Assembly (NCBI RefSeq): GCF_009914755.1
Contig: NC_060941.1
Length of the DNA stretch: 64,000 bases
From: the human T2T-CHM13v2.0 reference genome, Homo sapiens
Direction: 5' to 3' (one strand)
Below the pieces are notes generated by a model. It was not told the DNA's origin and made no database searches. It was given only the letters and a program-made list of their open reading frames with translations. Shown in pieces: positions 37,145-55,900 of the stretch. A program made the translations under genes and the position numbers. Positions within the stretch are counted from its first letter, which is position 1; each line of letters starts with the position of its first letter.

Positions 37145-37440
37145 TTTTTTTTTTTTTTTTTTGAGACAGGATCTCACTCTGTCACCCAGGATCTGGGTTT
37201 CAGTGGTGTGATCATGGCTCACTGCAGCCTTGACCTCCTGGGCTCAAGCAATTCTCCCACCTCAGCCTCATGAGTAGCTGGGACTACGGGCATGTGCCAC
37301 AACCCTGGCTGTTTTATTTTTTGTAGAAATGAGGTCTCACTATGTTGCCCAGGCTCGTCTTGAACTCCTGGCCTCAAGTGATCTTCCCACCTCGGCCTCC
37401 CAAAGTGCTGGGATTTTGGCGTGAGCCACTGTGCCCAACC
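37145..37440 (-). mobile_element. AluJ-like
   Basis: Reverse-complement dimer, TSD CTGACAAAACCTT. Confidence 0.93.
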
Positions 37441-37502
37441 CTGACAAAACCTTAATTACTTTATAATCCTTTCCCTAAATTTTTCACTAAACATTTCCCC
37501 AA

Positions 37503-38465
<963 letters not shown>

Positions 38466-39262
38466 CTATCCTACTGTAAAAATAGCTTGGGTTTAAGTTT
38501 TAACATGACTTCTCTTATAGGAAATTAGAAAAATCTCTAAAGATATATAACTAGGAGAATAAATTTCTATGTATCTTTCCAATTAACTAGACCTGTCCCC
38601 CTTTTTACTAACAAACAATATTTCCGGGTATCATGGCAATGCTTGTATAGCTATAAAAATGCCAAAATCAAGTTTCCACGAGACCTAGTTCTATAACCAC
38701 GGTAAGATTAAAAAAAAAATAAGGCTCAGTAGCTGAACTTAATTAACTTTAAATGAATAAATCATCCAATCACAGATGAATGAGTCTCAAGGGGCAGTAA
38801 AAGAAAAATTATCACAGGTAAGGGAGACTGCTCAATATTTAAAGACTTGAAAAAGCATAAGCTAATTATAACTCAGACGTTATAAATGCCATACCTTAAA
38901 TTTCCATGATCACATAGTAGTGAAATTTAGCTGTTTTCTTACTATTAAGACTGTCATGGAACCAGGTTGTACACACAGATTCTTAGGAATTCCCAAATAT
39001 AAGAGTTAAATTATATGAAAAAGTTACCAGTATTTGTTATTTCCAGTGCTTACACTGAGCAAAAAAACCACCCCATTACCAACCTACCACATCACTGTAT
39101 GAGTCACCTTAAAACAAGATTTTCCTCCTTTGTTAGAAACAAGACAGTCTTATACCTAGCAACAAGTGATAAGGTACAAGTACGACTTTATTTTCAGTAA
39201 AGTCAGCACCTGACAGCACTTGAACAAAAGCATATTACTATTCTTAGAGTTTTATTCTATCA

Positions 39263-39575
<313 letters not shown>

Positions 39576-41249
39576 ACTGTTATTCTTACTTTTAAATGTT
39601 GGATCCTCAAGAAAAATGTTCAGAGGGTACACCCCTGCCCATTGTAACCTATAAAAAAAAAATTTCCTTTAAGAAAAGGAAGGCCCTATTTGTCTTCCTG
39701 TATGGCAATGCTGCAGATACCTAGGCAATATTTATGCCTTACTCTACATATGATTCATTAATTTGAGCACCACAATCTGACCCAAGCAACTGAATTCCCA
39801 AAATAACAAATACACATTTATTCAGAGAGTAAGTGTACAAAGATTATATCATTATATACATAATACTTTTTGTCAATAGTATAAGATCTTCTTAGACATA
39901 TGTGTCAACACTGTAAAACAGATCATTTGTAACTGTTTATGGTTGCATAAGCTTTGGATGAAAATGGTTAACATCCTTGATGAATGACTCCCAGATGAAT
40001 TTTATCATTAAGGTTTCCTGACATCTTGCATTCTACTTAATACCACTTTGTCTTTTGAAATCTTTACATCATCAACTTAAAACAAAGCATTATTTTTTGC
40101 TTTTGAAATCAAAATATTCATTTGTGTGAATGATATACTTCACAATTCAAACTGAAAAAAAATAAAATTTGCTTATTATTTGTATGGGATTGTGTTAATT
40201 TTGGCCCATAAACTTGGAAGCAGTTATGTTAGCATTTTCCCTTGAAATATAATTGATAATTCTATATCCTTATCTCTGAAATGGTGACATTATTCCCTTG
40301 GCCATATTCATGTCTTAAAAATCTTGGCTGATGTGGCAGAAAAAAAATCATCATTGATCCATGCTGTTGAAGCCCTGGACAACCTCCATTTCTTCATCCT
40401 CAAATATCACATGCTACACCTATGGTAACAGTAACAGTTACCATTTATTGAAGGCTTAAAAGGGCTAGGTGCTATGCTAAGCTGAATATGCGCTGGGTAG
40501 AAAATAAACATGAATAAAAATGTAAGTTATATTTTAGTGCACATGATCTTACCTGCCATTCCACTCAACAAGTGTAGGTAACAAAGTAAGCATGAGATGG
40601 AAGAAACTGTGCCCCTCAGACAGTCTCAGTTACAGAGTTGTATGCCCAAAACCATTTACTTTGTTCTTTGTGAGGGATTTAAGAGATTTTTTAAGGATAA
40701 TTTTTACTGTATTTGATTTTTGCCCTATATGCTCACTTTAGAATCCTAAGGTGGGACTTCACTGTATCACACTTGGCCCTCATAAATGACTACGTGAGGT
40801 AGTATACAACTATAAGCCCCATTCTACAGAGACGGAAACACCAAGAGAGGTTATGCAACTTGCTTGGCAGAGACAGGATTCCAACTTAGGTTGTTCTGAT
40901 TCCAAAACCTCTGCACTTAATTACTATGCTATATTGCAATGTTATATATCAATTTTCCAGATAAGAAATGGGAGGCTCAGAAAGATCAAGCAAACTTACC
41001 CCCAAAAAACACTGCTAACAAGTCTCTATACCAGGACTTAAACTCAAGCTTTCTAATTTCAACTTCCTTGGCCATATAATAAAATGACTGATAGAAGCTA
41101 AGAATCAGTAGTAGAGTAATGAAATGGAAGGAAAATATATTGTTTATAGTGTCTACACATTGGTGACTCACTAGTTAAATCTGGGCCTCAGATATGTTCT
41201 GTTTAGCCTTCAAGATATAGTTCTTTAAATCTGTATTAGTTGTTATACA

Positions 41250-41725
41250 AAGTGTGACAATAGCTATTCCAAACATTCTTATCCCTTGCTGTCACTCAAT
41301 GATTAAAATGGAAAGCCATATACTTACTTTCCCAGGCTCTATTGCAACTAGAGTAGGCCATGTAACCTAGTTCTGGTAGGAGACTTAAAGAGAAAGCTAC
41401 TGGGAATGAGCAGTTGGTTTCTGGGAAAATTTTTGCTTCCTAATGAATGGTACAGCCACTGCTGGCACTGTACCTTTTACCCCTTTCTGCAACAAATATG
41501 GATGTACTGCCAGAGCTACAATAGCCATCTTTTATGTGGAAAAAAGCAGAAAGATGGGAATCAAATACACTATTAATGGCAAAACAGGAAGATATAAACA
41601 ACTTAGATCTTTATGGTATTGCTGAGCTAAGTTAGTCCTAGACTATATGTATCTTCAAATTTATTGTTAGATAAACCATATTCCTACTGTTTAAATTTGG
41701 TCTTCTGTTACTTACAATCAAAATA
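41250..41725 (+). mobile_element. Old MLT1-type LTR
   Basis: GGCCATGTAACCTAGTTCTGG, GCCATCTT, CTGTTACTTACAATCAAA. Confidence 0.5.
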
Positions 41726-41772
41726 ATTTCCAGCCAATTCAGTTGCCAACATTTAAAAATCAGAGGATTTCA

Positions 41773-42060
41773 GACAGGCAGAGTGGCTCACACCTGTAAT
41801 TTCAGCACTTCGAGAGCCTGAGGTGGGAGAATGGCTTGAAGCCAGGAGTTTGAGACCACCCTGGACAATATAGTGAGACCTCATCTCTACAAAAACTAAG
41901 AAAAAATAGCTGGGTATGATGGTATGCAACTATAGTCCTAACTACTACTCAGGAGGCTAAGGTGGGCAGATTGCTTGAGCCCAGGAGTTGAAGGCTGTAG
42001 TGAGCTACGATCTTGCCACTACACCCCAGCCTGGGAGACAGAGTGAGATCCTGTCTCTAA
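41773..42060 (+). mobile_element. AluJ-like
   Basis: Dimer. Confidence 0.9.
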
Positions 42061-42349
42061 AGTCCACCCCTCCCACCAAAAAATATCAAAAGATTTCATA
42101 TAATCTGCTAATTACTAATGTTTCTCGAGATATAAGACTTTTCTGGCAATACTGGGTCTACACAGAGTCACACTGGCAGCCTCTGAAGACAGAGCTCATA
42201 GTCTCCTACTTACCACAGATCCTATTTGGCCAGCTTCACTAATGTATGTCATCTGCCAAATCTTATAGCCACACTTAAATGTACAACTTCCTATATCTCA
42301 ATCTAAGTCTGGTCTAGAACCCAAGTGGCCACCTGAACACCTAGCATTA

Positions 42350-42742
<393 letters not shown>

Positions 42743-42906
42743 TTACACTAGCAAAAGCTCTCCTGAAACTGCCCAAGAGGTAAGCTGTTCTGACCTTTAT
42801 TCTTGGAGCCAAACTCTGGCAATTATTTAACAGTAAAATGGGCAATTAAAGTAGTCAATTTTCCAGTTATGAAATTCTGTGAACCCCTAGGAAGCAATAT
42901 TTATGA

Positions 42907-43260
<354 letters not shown>

Positions 43261-43605
43261 AGCTTCCTATATTTCTTACATAGAAGTGGCAAGGCAATAT
43301 AAAACCACAGCATCTAAAATCCCCCAAGCAAGAAAATAAGGTTGTCATTTGGTAGTCTCAGTAGCAAAGTAAGCTTGTACCACCACTGCACAGTCCTAGT
43401 GAAGGGTTTAGGATTCCTGTATCCAAAGCTATCTTACAAGTGTATATCTTATATCTTATATACAAAGCAGACCTTACAAGTCACAGTTGAGGTGATGTTC
43501 TGAGACATTTCAAGGAGACTGTCATTTAGGATAAACTGCTTGACTTTCACTACAAGCAGTTTCAAGAAATGACACACCTATCTCGACTGCCAAAAGACTA
43601 TTTCT

Positions 43606-43939
<334 letters not shown>

Positions 43940-45139
43940 TCAAACAAACATTAATAATTTAAATGAAGAGCCAATTATTTTAAAATCATTCAACTGTGCC
44001 CAATGAGCATTAAATGAGGATGCAAATGTCCAATGTAAAAGTTCATTGCATCTCTATCTAAAAAGAATTTTAATAGCTTTAATGGTAGCTGTAGATAACA
44101 ACAAACAACAGTTCTATCTTCAAATATACTTCATTACACATGACTTCATTACCATTACCAAGATGGTCATGCCACTTTCAATCTAAGGTGTACTGTATAC
44201 AACTTCTCATAAAATAACACGAGAGAAATATATATTTGACAAATATATATTTGCAACCATAAACAGTTACAAATGATCTGTTTTACCTAACCAAACTTCC
44301 TTTACAGTCAATACAGTTTCCTTTAAAATTTAATAGAAAACCATGGAATCAGCATAAAAATGCTCAGAGTTGTGAAAGTTTCAGTTTGTATAGACAGGTC
44401 AAGAAGACAAATTAGCATATTATGTTCACAGAAAACTCAGTGTCATTTTTTTCAGTACTCAAAGAAGAAATAGGTTGTTTCTATTTTTTGATAGGATTCA
44501 ATAAAAACTGTAATCTTAAAGCAACCAAAGCTTGAACCAAAGATCTCTTGTTATATTATATGTGAGTTCATTCACATGTTCTCCTATTGTTGCTTCAGAC
44601 ACTTATAGAAAAAGCACATTCAGTTGCTTTGGAAATGCATCTAAGAGCAGCATTCAATTTCAACTGCCAACTGCTCGTAATAGCTGGATTAGACAGATCA
44701 TTCTTCTCACCTATTGTTTCCCTTTACAAAGATATATTTAAACCCATGAATACACTCAGTGTCTTTGGATCTCCATATTTTAAAAAAAATCTGGCAATTT
44801 CTATTTTGCCACATGATTTATAGTCTCAATCACTAAAAATACCAACACATTCATTCTATGATTTGACTATACAAACTAAAGTGACCACTTGCAACGATCT
44901 GTCCCACTATATTGAAAAACAGTCAATGGATTAATATGCTGCTAAGCATAGCCTATTAAATTGATAAACTTTCAAGGGAAGAAGAATTTTAAAGATTACA
45001 GTTGGATTAATCATTCTGTATGGTGCTCCAGGGTCATCACAAAATCAAACACAAAAGACTTTGCTGTGGAAATTGGCAACTAAAACAAAGATTCTCTAAT
45101 TAAAAAAAAATGAAGCCATTATGAAATAACAAAAATTTA

Positions 45140-45370
45140 TTTTTTTAAATTTTTTATATATATATTTTTATTATACTTTAAGTTCTAGGGTACATGTGCA
45201 CAATGTGCAGGTTTGTTACATATGTATACATGTGCCATGTTGGTGTGCTGCACCCATTAACTCGTCATTTACATTAGGTATATCTCCTAATGCTATCCCT
45301 CCCCCCTCCCCCCACCCCACAACATGCCCCAGTGTGTGATGTTCCCCTTTCTGTGTCCAAGTGTTCTCAT
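45140..45370 (-). mobile_element. Short 5'-truncated L1PA 3' end (~230 bp)
   Basis: Reverse complement of the L1PA 3' UTR; TSD ATGAAATAACAAAAATTTA at 45121-45139 and 45369-45387. Confidence 0.93.
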
Positions 45371-45549
45371 GAAATAACAAAAATTTAAAAAGCGATAAAG
45401 AGAAATTAAACTCTGAAATAGGCTTTCCATGTGAATTACATTGTCATAAAAAAAATAACTTCCCCACCAAATTTGTTATAATGAAAAAATTGCTTAATAA
45501 CCAAATAGCAACCCTAAATCACCATCATTATAAAAATGACTAATACTTT

Positions 45550-45770
45550 GTGAATACATGTTTATTTGGTGCCAGGCATGGTGCTAATGCACTCCCTGGC
45601 TTAACACTAACAATATTTTTGTGAAAGAAGTACCATATTGCCCCTATTTTACAGGTGGGCAAACCAAAGCATAGAGCAGTTAAGTGACTTGTCTAAGTCT
45701 AGCAAATTATAAACTCAGGATTCAAATTTAAGCAGACAGTTTTCCAGACCCTGTACTGCCACTGCATCAT
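45550..45770 (-). mobile_element. MIR
   Basis: CCTATTTTACAGGTGGGCAAAC...GTTAAGTGACTTG. Confidence 0.65.
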
Positions 45771-45781
45771 GTTGTTAAAGA

Positions 45782-45955
45782 TTTTTTTTTTCTTTCTTTT
45801 TTTTTTTTTTTGAGACAGAGTCTTGCTCTGTCACCCAGGCTGGAGTGCAGTGGCGTGACTCACTGCAACCTTGGCCTCCCAGGCTCAAGTGATACTCGTG
45901 CCTCAGCCTCCAGAGTAGCTGGGATAACAGGCGTGCACCACCATGCCCAGCTAAT
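45782..45955 (-). mobile_element. Alu right arm
   Basis: Poly-T plus right monomer. Confidence 0.88.
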
Positions 45956-46982
45956 GTTATAGGTATTTTTGAAGTCCTAAGGAGAGAAATAAAAATACTT
46001 TTAGGGCTTCTCCACCCTCATAAGGTTTATGTTAGGATAACTGGCAGGTAACATTTTTATTCTAAATCACAATCACTTTATCAAACTCCAAAGAATCAAT
46101 GAGCTTCCTTAATAGATTAAGATAATGTACTACAAGATGCTAACACGTGGTTTATCCTAATACTTGCCTGAGATGTGCTAAATATTGTAATTATGAAGAA
46201 AAGGCTATCTCAAATTCCTACTGTTTCTATTTGTGTCTGATGGAACAATAGGAGAATCACTGCTCCAATCAGCAAGCTGCATGGAGGTGTCTTCTTTAAC
46301 TTCAATAAATATAATTTCTTACATTTCCTGATCTGTCTGTAGCAGTAAAAAAAAAAAAAAAGGGTTTGTCAGGTTTTTCCCTTTTTCTTTAAGTGAGGAA
46401 AAGTACAGAGGTGGGAGAGCAAAGAATAGGTGAGGGGCAAATACCCACAAACACACACTTTCCAAACATAGAAGTTTCAAATCTGGCTGCCATGTCTTAG
46501 ATAACAGTATCTTATAATAATCATTCAGTAGAAAAAAAAACTGGCTTCTAATTATAAATGAAACTGAAAGGAATTAATATCTAGAAGGAAAAAATTTATC
46601 TCATTTTGCTAACTGCAAAGATATTTTGCTCTTCCATCTTTTCCAATTTAGTTTTTTCCAAATTCCCTGACCATTATCCCCTTTGGAACTGATGTTTTCT
46701 TCACATGTACACATTTGGTTTGTGCCTTTCCCACTGCTCACCATACGAGGCAATTAAACATGCTTAGTTTATAGCTGCCTTCCCCACCAGTCTTGTAAAT
46801 TTGAAGGCAAAGGTAATGCCTTATATCATCCCTCAGTGTTTGAGAAGGCTCTCAACAAACTTCTGCTGAACTGCCTTCATATCAAGTACTAAGGCAGGAG
46901 CAGCAAAATGACACAAATTGCAATGATTCAAACTATGGCAGGGCAAATCTAAAACTAAATGATTAAAAAATAGAATAAATCC

Positions 46983-47535
<553 letters not shown>

Positions 47536-47589
47536 CAGTACTTTGATTGACACTGAGAAGGTAACACCTAAGGGCAGGGGGGTGGAATT

Positions 47590-47760
47590 TAGTAGTTGCT
47601 TTCTGACTCTGACAAAGTTCAAATCCCAGCTCTGCCATTTCTAGCTGGGGGAGTCTAGACACCTCCCTGAGACTCAGTTTCTTCATCTGTAAATTGAGAA
47701 CAATAATAGTACTACTTCCAATGGTTATTGTGATGCCTATTTAGTGCTGAACCCAGTGTC
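47590..47760 (+). mobile_element. MIR
   Basis: GTTCAAATCCCAGCTCTGCC...CTCAGTTTCTTCATCTGTAAA. Confidence 0.75.
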
Positions 47761-47887
47761 TACAATCACAAATTTGCACAGTCACTTTAAAGAAAAGCCA
47801 ACTGTATTCAAGGTAAAAATAAGGGTGCAGATGTTAAAATTCAGAAGAAATTATCTTTACTTCTCCAGCCTTATTTTCTGCACTTTA

Positions 47888-48279
<392 letters not shown>

Positions 48280-49229
48280 AATGCTGCTTTCCCTCCTGCC
48301 ACTCACCCCTAACCCTCTGTTTGCTGACCAATTCCCACTCACTCTTCAAGGCTCAAGTTATAAGTCCTTGCTGGCCTTCTTCCTCTTTCTCAAGGCTTAT
48401 GTATTTGTGACAACTACACTGTAATCTACTGACCTATTTAATATCAATCTTTCTACTTCTACTGTAAGCTTCCTGAGGTTAGAGACTAACTGGCTGCTGG
48501 ATTCCCAGCAGTGGTATAAATGAGTAAGTAAATAAATATGTCTCAGACACAAAAAAGGTACTAAATAAGTTTTTCAGAAAATTAAATCAAACAGTTCCAT
48601 AAAAACTAAGCTGGAACAGAGTATTATCTCTCCCCATCTGTTTCTAAGCACATCCTTTCCCACTCAATAAATGAAGTACTTCCCTCTATCTTTCAGGAAG
48701 TCTAGGGAACCATGGGACCTTTCATTACATTTCAGAGCCACGAGTACCTCACCAGACTTTACCTTGAGAGGAAAATGAGGGGCACTGTGATCAGTAGCTT
48801 TGCTGCTCAGATGGGCAAGAAAATGCAGGGTAGTTTATAAAGGTATCTGAAGAGAACTCAGTGCTGAGAAACAAAGGAAGGGAATGTATGAGATCACCTG
48901 CACAAAATAGCACTCACTAAATACTTCTGATTAACAAGATTCTTAAGGTTTTACTCATGTACATCCAGCCTCTGGCATATTTCAGGTTGGGCAAAGGGGC
49001 TCATCAAGAATTACACTTTTTTTTTTTTTAATTGGAAATACTTTCCCTACTACTAGGTTTACTGAATGGAAAAACTACAGCTAGGTGTTTTTTTTTTTTA
49101 ATGGATTAACAAATAAACATAAAACATGGACATGTGAATAGCTTCAAAAGGCTAGGCACTGCTGCAGACAACACTACAGCAGGCATTTAATGGAAAAACA
49201 GTAAATCTTAAGCTGCTGAAACCAGGAGT

Positions 49230-49527
<298 letters not shown>

Positions 49528-50909
49528 ATCAGGAGTGATATTTAATGGTGAAACCTAGGAAGGCAGTGCTGCACAGTGTCTTTTTCAGCGTGAGCATAAT
49601 CTAGAAACTGCTCCCTCTCACTTAAAGCCGGATAGGAAAGATGAGAAACCTGAAGATACTTTTTGAGGACCAAAGGCCTTCTCTTTTTCTGGGCTTCCCA
49701 GGTACTTGAGTGAAAATTCAAAATGTAAGCTAGTTTAAAGTTTATTTTCTATGCATGCAATTTAATAAATACTAAGTAATATATGCTAAACTAACTAAAT
49801 TCCTATGAGACTTGCAATGGAACTTCTATGGAACACCTTATACCTGAATTAAGTATTTGGGAATTTAGTACTTCCCAAGGAGGAGTTCCACACCATTGGA
49901 AAAAAGGAGTGACTGTTTCATATAATGAACTAAGAAAAGCTGCTATTTGGAATAAAATAAACATAATCCTTACTTCACATCATGTAGTAAAATTAATTTC
50001 AGACAATTAAAAGATATAAAAATAATACTATAAATAGCTTTAAAACATATAGGTCTAAATTTTTTCAATAAGTAGAATATTTCTATCCTTATTGACGGAA
50101 AAGTGAACTAAGAAAAATAATTTTAAAAACCCACACACAAGACTGGATTGATGGCATTAAAATTTTGTAAATGTCTGTATATACAAATGAATGAAATAAA
50201 CAAAACAAAATGGCAAATGAAAAACCAGAGGAAAATTTGCAACATAACAGAAAAAGGTTAATATTCTTAGTATATAAAGAATACTTACACATCAATATGA
50301 AAAAGTAAATAGCCATGAAGAAAGCTGGGCAAAGAACATGAACGATTTACAAAACAAGGAATATATAATAAAACATATAATAGTAAATATTTGAAAAAAT
50401 GTTTAGCCTCTAATTTTTAAAAATGTAAATTAAAACAACAATAAAATACTAGTGATTAAGAGAAGGGGTTGTGAGGTCAGACACCAGGCCTATAATCCTG
50501 GACAATTCACTTCACTTATCTGAGTCTGTATTTTCTTGGTAAAATCAAGAGAATAACAATGCTTACGCCACAGGAGTGATGTGAAAATTAAGCAACATGA
50601 GGCACAAAAGGTACTCAACACAGTGTCTAGTATACAGTAAGTGTTCAATAAATATCCCTATGATGATGATGCTACTTAAGGCTGTGAGACTACACTTAAA
50701 CATTTTTATACAATGCTTGTAAACAAAGATTGATTCAACCTTTCTGCTGGATAATTTGGCAACATGTATCAAAAGTCTTAAAAGTGATCATATCCTTTGG
50801 GCTTCTCAAGATATCTGTCTATGCTTAAAAACAGTAGAAGAACTCAAAATAGAAGATTGCTAAATATGACTATATCTGTTGATCATCCATTGATCCATGT
50901 GTCAAATAC

Positions 50910-51174
<265 letters not shown>

Positions 51175-51189
51175 CCATGCGTCAAATAC

Positions 51190-51640
51190 TTTTGAGCTCT
51201 GATAATACAAAAATATGTAAATGACCCAGTCCCTGACTTATAGGTTAGTGGGGGAGATAAGTAATAAAACAAGTACAGTAGAAAGATAAGAGCCACCATG
51301 GGTAAGTATAGGGTGCTATGCTGTGCGTAGAAGGAGCACCTACCATGATCTGAGGGGGTGGAGTCAGGGAAGCTTCCCAGAAGAAGTGACATTTAAGCTG
51401 AGACCTGAAGGATGAGTAGGAAATAGTTAGGTAGAGAGATGAGGGAAAAGTGTTCCAGGTAAAGGAAACAGCATGTGCAAAAGCCTAAAGACCAAAGGGA
51501 GCATGGGCATGTCAGCTTAACTGTGAGCAGTGTGCAAGGCAGGGACTTGGGAAGAGACAGGGCTGAAGAGGTAAGCAAGGCTGGATCATTTAAGGTCTCA
51601 CTAGCAATTCGAATTATAGACTTTATTCTAAGAATAATAC
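51190..51640 (-). mobile_element. L2 fragment
   Basis: AGTCAGGGAAGCTTCCCAGAAGAAGTGACATTTAAGCTGAGACCTGAAGGATGAG. Confidence 0.7.
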
Positions 51641-51993
51641 AAACTGAATTAAAAAGCAAATAGTTTGTAACAAATATAATAGTTAATATTTGTAATACAT
51701 CGAGGGTACACAAACTGAAAAGAATAGCTCATAAAAAGGAAATACGATTGAAGTGAGTGTTGCACAACTCTGTAAATTAATTAAAAATAATTGGATTGTA
51801 TACTTATTAAAACAGGTACATTTCAGAGTTTGTAGATTATACCTCAAAAAATATATCTTTTCAAAAACTTTAATGTAAATGCCTAATAAGCATTTGAAAA
51901 ATACGTGACCTAACAATAAAATACAAATCAAACCAACTAGGTACTACCCTTTATCCTAAAAAATTAGTAGTGATTAAAATAAAAATGAAATGA

Positions 51994-52110
51994 GGCTGGA
52001 CACATTGGTGTGTGCTTATAATCCCAGCTAATCAGAAGGCTGAAGTGGGAGGATTGCTTGAGCCAAGGAGTTCAAGGCTAGCCTGGGAAATAACAAGACA
52101 CCAATTCAAA
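51994..52110 (+). mobile_element. Alu monomer
   Basis: Degenerate single arm. Confidence 0.75.
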
Positions 52111-52240
52111 AATGAAAATGAAATGAGAATATCCAGTGTAAATACAGTTAGGAAAAATGAGCATTCTTATACTATGCTAGCTGGAATAAACATTAATTGG
52201 AGTAACTTTTCTAGAAAATATATATAACAGAAGTCTTTAA

Positions 52241-52536
<296 letters not shown>

Positions 52537-52662
52537 TTAAAATTGTTTATACCCTATAATCTAGTAATTGAATTTCTTGAAATCTTAATAAATGTTCCAA
52601 ACTGAGTCAAATATTTATAGCCAATGATGTTCATTGTAATGTAATTTATAATAGAAAAAAAA

Positions 52663-52960
52663 GGGCTGGGTGTGGTGACTCACATCTGTAATCCCAGCAT
52701 TTTGGGAGGCTGTCGTGAGAGGATTGCTTGAGCCCAGGAGTTCAAGACCAGTCTGGGCAACAGGATGAGACCCCATTTCTCCAAAATATAAAATATTTAG
52801 CTGGGCATGGTGGTGCATATCTATGGTCCCAGCTTTTTGGTGGGGCTGAGATGGAAGGATCACTTGAGCCCAGGAGGTCAAGGCTTCAGTGAGCTGTGAT
52901 TGCACCACTACACTCCAGCCTGGGCAACAGAGTGAGATCCTGCCTCAAAAAAAAAAAAAA
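52663..52960 (+). mobile_element. AluJ-like
   Basis: Dimer. Confidence 0.92.
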
Positions 52961-53021
52961 TCCGGGGGCAGGGGGGTTGGAAAAAAACTGAATGCCAACC
53001 GATAATGGAATGGAAAGGTTA

Positions 53022-53321
<300 letters not shown>

Positions 53322-54617
53322 CTAAAAAAACAAAGATATGAAATTATATATACAGCAGCACTTCAGCTTTATAAAATAAATGGCACATGTCTTTTTTTAT
53401 CTTTTCTGTACTTCTCTGTATTTCTGGATTTCCTACAATAGTCATTTCTAGAGTTTATGAAAATTTCTAAAGCTGTCTTCAAAAAATTCAAAGGCATCAC
53501 TTTTTTTTTCTCTGTCACTGGTGCCTAAATAAGGAAAAGCATCACTTGTGTTTATACTTAATAGAAATCAATTTTGTATTTGCCTTGGCTTTATTTTCTC
53601 AAGCTAGGCAGAGAAGTGTGCTATATTTAATCCATATGTACATATAACTCAATAATATTCATTCAGCATCAAGAAATAAAATGTATATGTAAATTGATTT
53701 ACCCATTAATTAGAACGTGCATCTTAAATGTCAAAACTTTGGTGAAACTTAGATGGACATCTATCTAAAAATATACCACACTCAATCCTGATCGCTTAAA
53801 TCAAGATTTAAAACAAGAGTAAGCCTTCTTATGATGATTCAGAATCATCATTAGGAACGTATAATAGTAGCTCTCAGGAACTACTGGGTCCTAGAGGGCT
53901 ATCTGTCCCTATATTAATTAGGCAAGAATTGCTCAATTTTTTTATTATGCCAGGTACTTGTGGGTTTTTTTTTTCCTTTTCCCTTGTGGTGAAACCAACA
54001 GCTATCCTTTCCCAGCACTATAGGGAACCTGCCTTTAGCAGCACCTGTAATTTTCCATTATTATGTTGCTTTTGGTAATCTAAGAATAAGGAAACTTAAT
54101 ATCCACATTTATAAGATTTATGTATAAAGTAAGAGTTAATAGGCTTCAAACAAAGCTGTCACCTAAAATGGTTTGCACAAACTTAGATGATTCTGTTCTA
54201 GGTAGTCAAGGTTGCAATATAAATGATCTCCAAAGAGAGTGTGAGTTCTTGATTGTGCCTCATATCTTGCACCTTTACTCAACTGGCAGTCAAGTCTCTG
54301 GAACAGAAACCGCATATGCTGTTTCTCTTATCACATCATGGAAAGAGATATAAACCAGGAGCCAAGGAACTTACTTCTATGCAGTTATTACACCCACAAG
54401 TTTTGTCACTTTCAGCCAAGTCTTTAAACTGTGGTACCTGTCCTGCATAATTTTTGGGGCTACTTGAGAATTAAATTAGATCACAAACACACACACCCCA
54501 AAAACCACTCTGAAAAGTATAGGGCACTACAGAAAACTAAAATATTATTATAGTATTATACTTTGTTTATTTAACCCTGGATCAATATAGGTATCAATTC
54601 AGAAAATTCACACCAGA

Positions 54618-55248
54618 TTGGGGATTGGTGGGAGAATGGGGAGGAGATGATGGTCAAAGGGTACAAAGTTTCCATTAGACAGGAGGAGTAAGTTATGAAG
54701 AGCTATTGTACAATATGGTTTCTACAGTCAATAATAATATATTGTAGACTTGAAAATTGTAGCCGGTCACAGTGGCTCATGACTATAATCCCAATTCTTT
54801 AGGAGGCTGAGACAGGAGGATCCCTTGACGCCACGAGTTCAAGACCAGCCTGGGCAGCAAGACCCCAAGCAAGTCCCCATCTCTACAAAGAAAAAAAATT
54901 AAAATTAGCTGGGCAGTCCCAGATACTCAGGGGGCTGAGGCAGGAGGATCACTTGAGCCCACGAACTTGAGGCTGCAGTGAGCTATGACTGTGCCACTGC
55001 ACTCCAGCCTGTGCTACAGTGAGACCCCATCTAAAAAAAAAAAAATAAAGGAAAGAAAGAAAATTGCTGTGAGTACATTTTAAATGTTTTCACCACAAAA
55101 AAAGCTAACTAGGTGAAGTGATAGATGTTAATTAGCCTGACTTAATTATTCCATAATGTACACATATATCAAAGCATCATGTTGTATATTATAAATGTTT
55201 TGTCCATTAAAAGTTAATACATTTTTTAAAATAAAAAAGTTTAAAAAA
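54618..55248 (+). mobile_element. L1MA/MB 3' UTR fragment interrupted by an Alu
   Basis: GGTCAAAGGGTACAAAGTTTC...; flanking repeats AGAAAATTYAYACCAGA at 54601-54617 and 55249-55265. Confidence 0.75.
54761..55062 (+). mobile_element. AluJ-like
   Basis: Dimer in an L1 3' UTR; TSD GAAAATTG. Confidence 0.9.
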
Positions 55249-55564
55249 AGAAAATTTATACCAGAAAGAATCAAAAGAGACAGAGATAATTCTTATATTG
55301 CCCTCTAATAATCAGGAAACATCTATTATCTAGGAAGAACAATATCTATCCTAAGAGTTGGCATCTCTGATCCCTCCCTGCAAATCTAATCAGTTCCCAA
55401 GTATTTTCCACAACCCCTCACATCTGTCTCTTTCTTTCCTTTACCACTTCAAAATCCCAGTTTGGGCATTTATTACCTCACACCTGGGCTTCTAGAACAG
55501 CCTCTCACTGGCTCCACTCATGGCCTCTCTCTCTTTCTCAAAGCCCTCTGGCTCATATCTACTA

Positions 55565-55900
<336 letters not shown>

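Noticed and set aside
53831-53851. Hairpin ATGATGATTC-A-GAATCATCAT
   Set aside because: Only a 10-bp stem; plausible by chance or local slippage, and too short for a pre-miRNA
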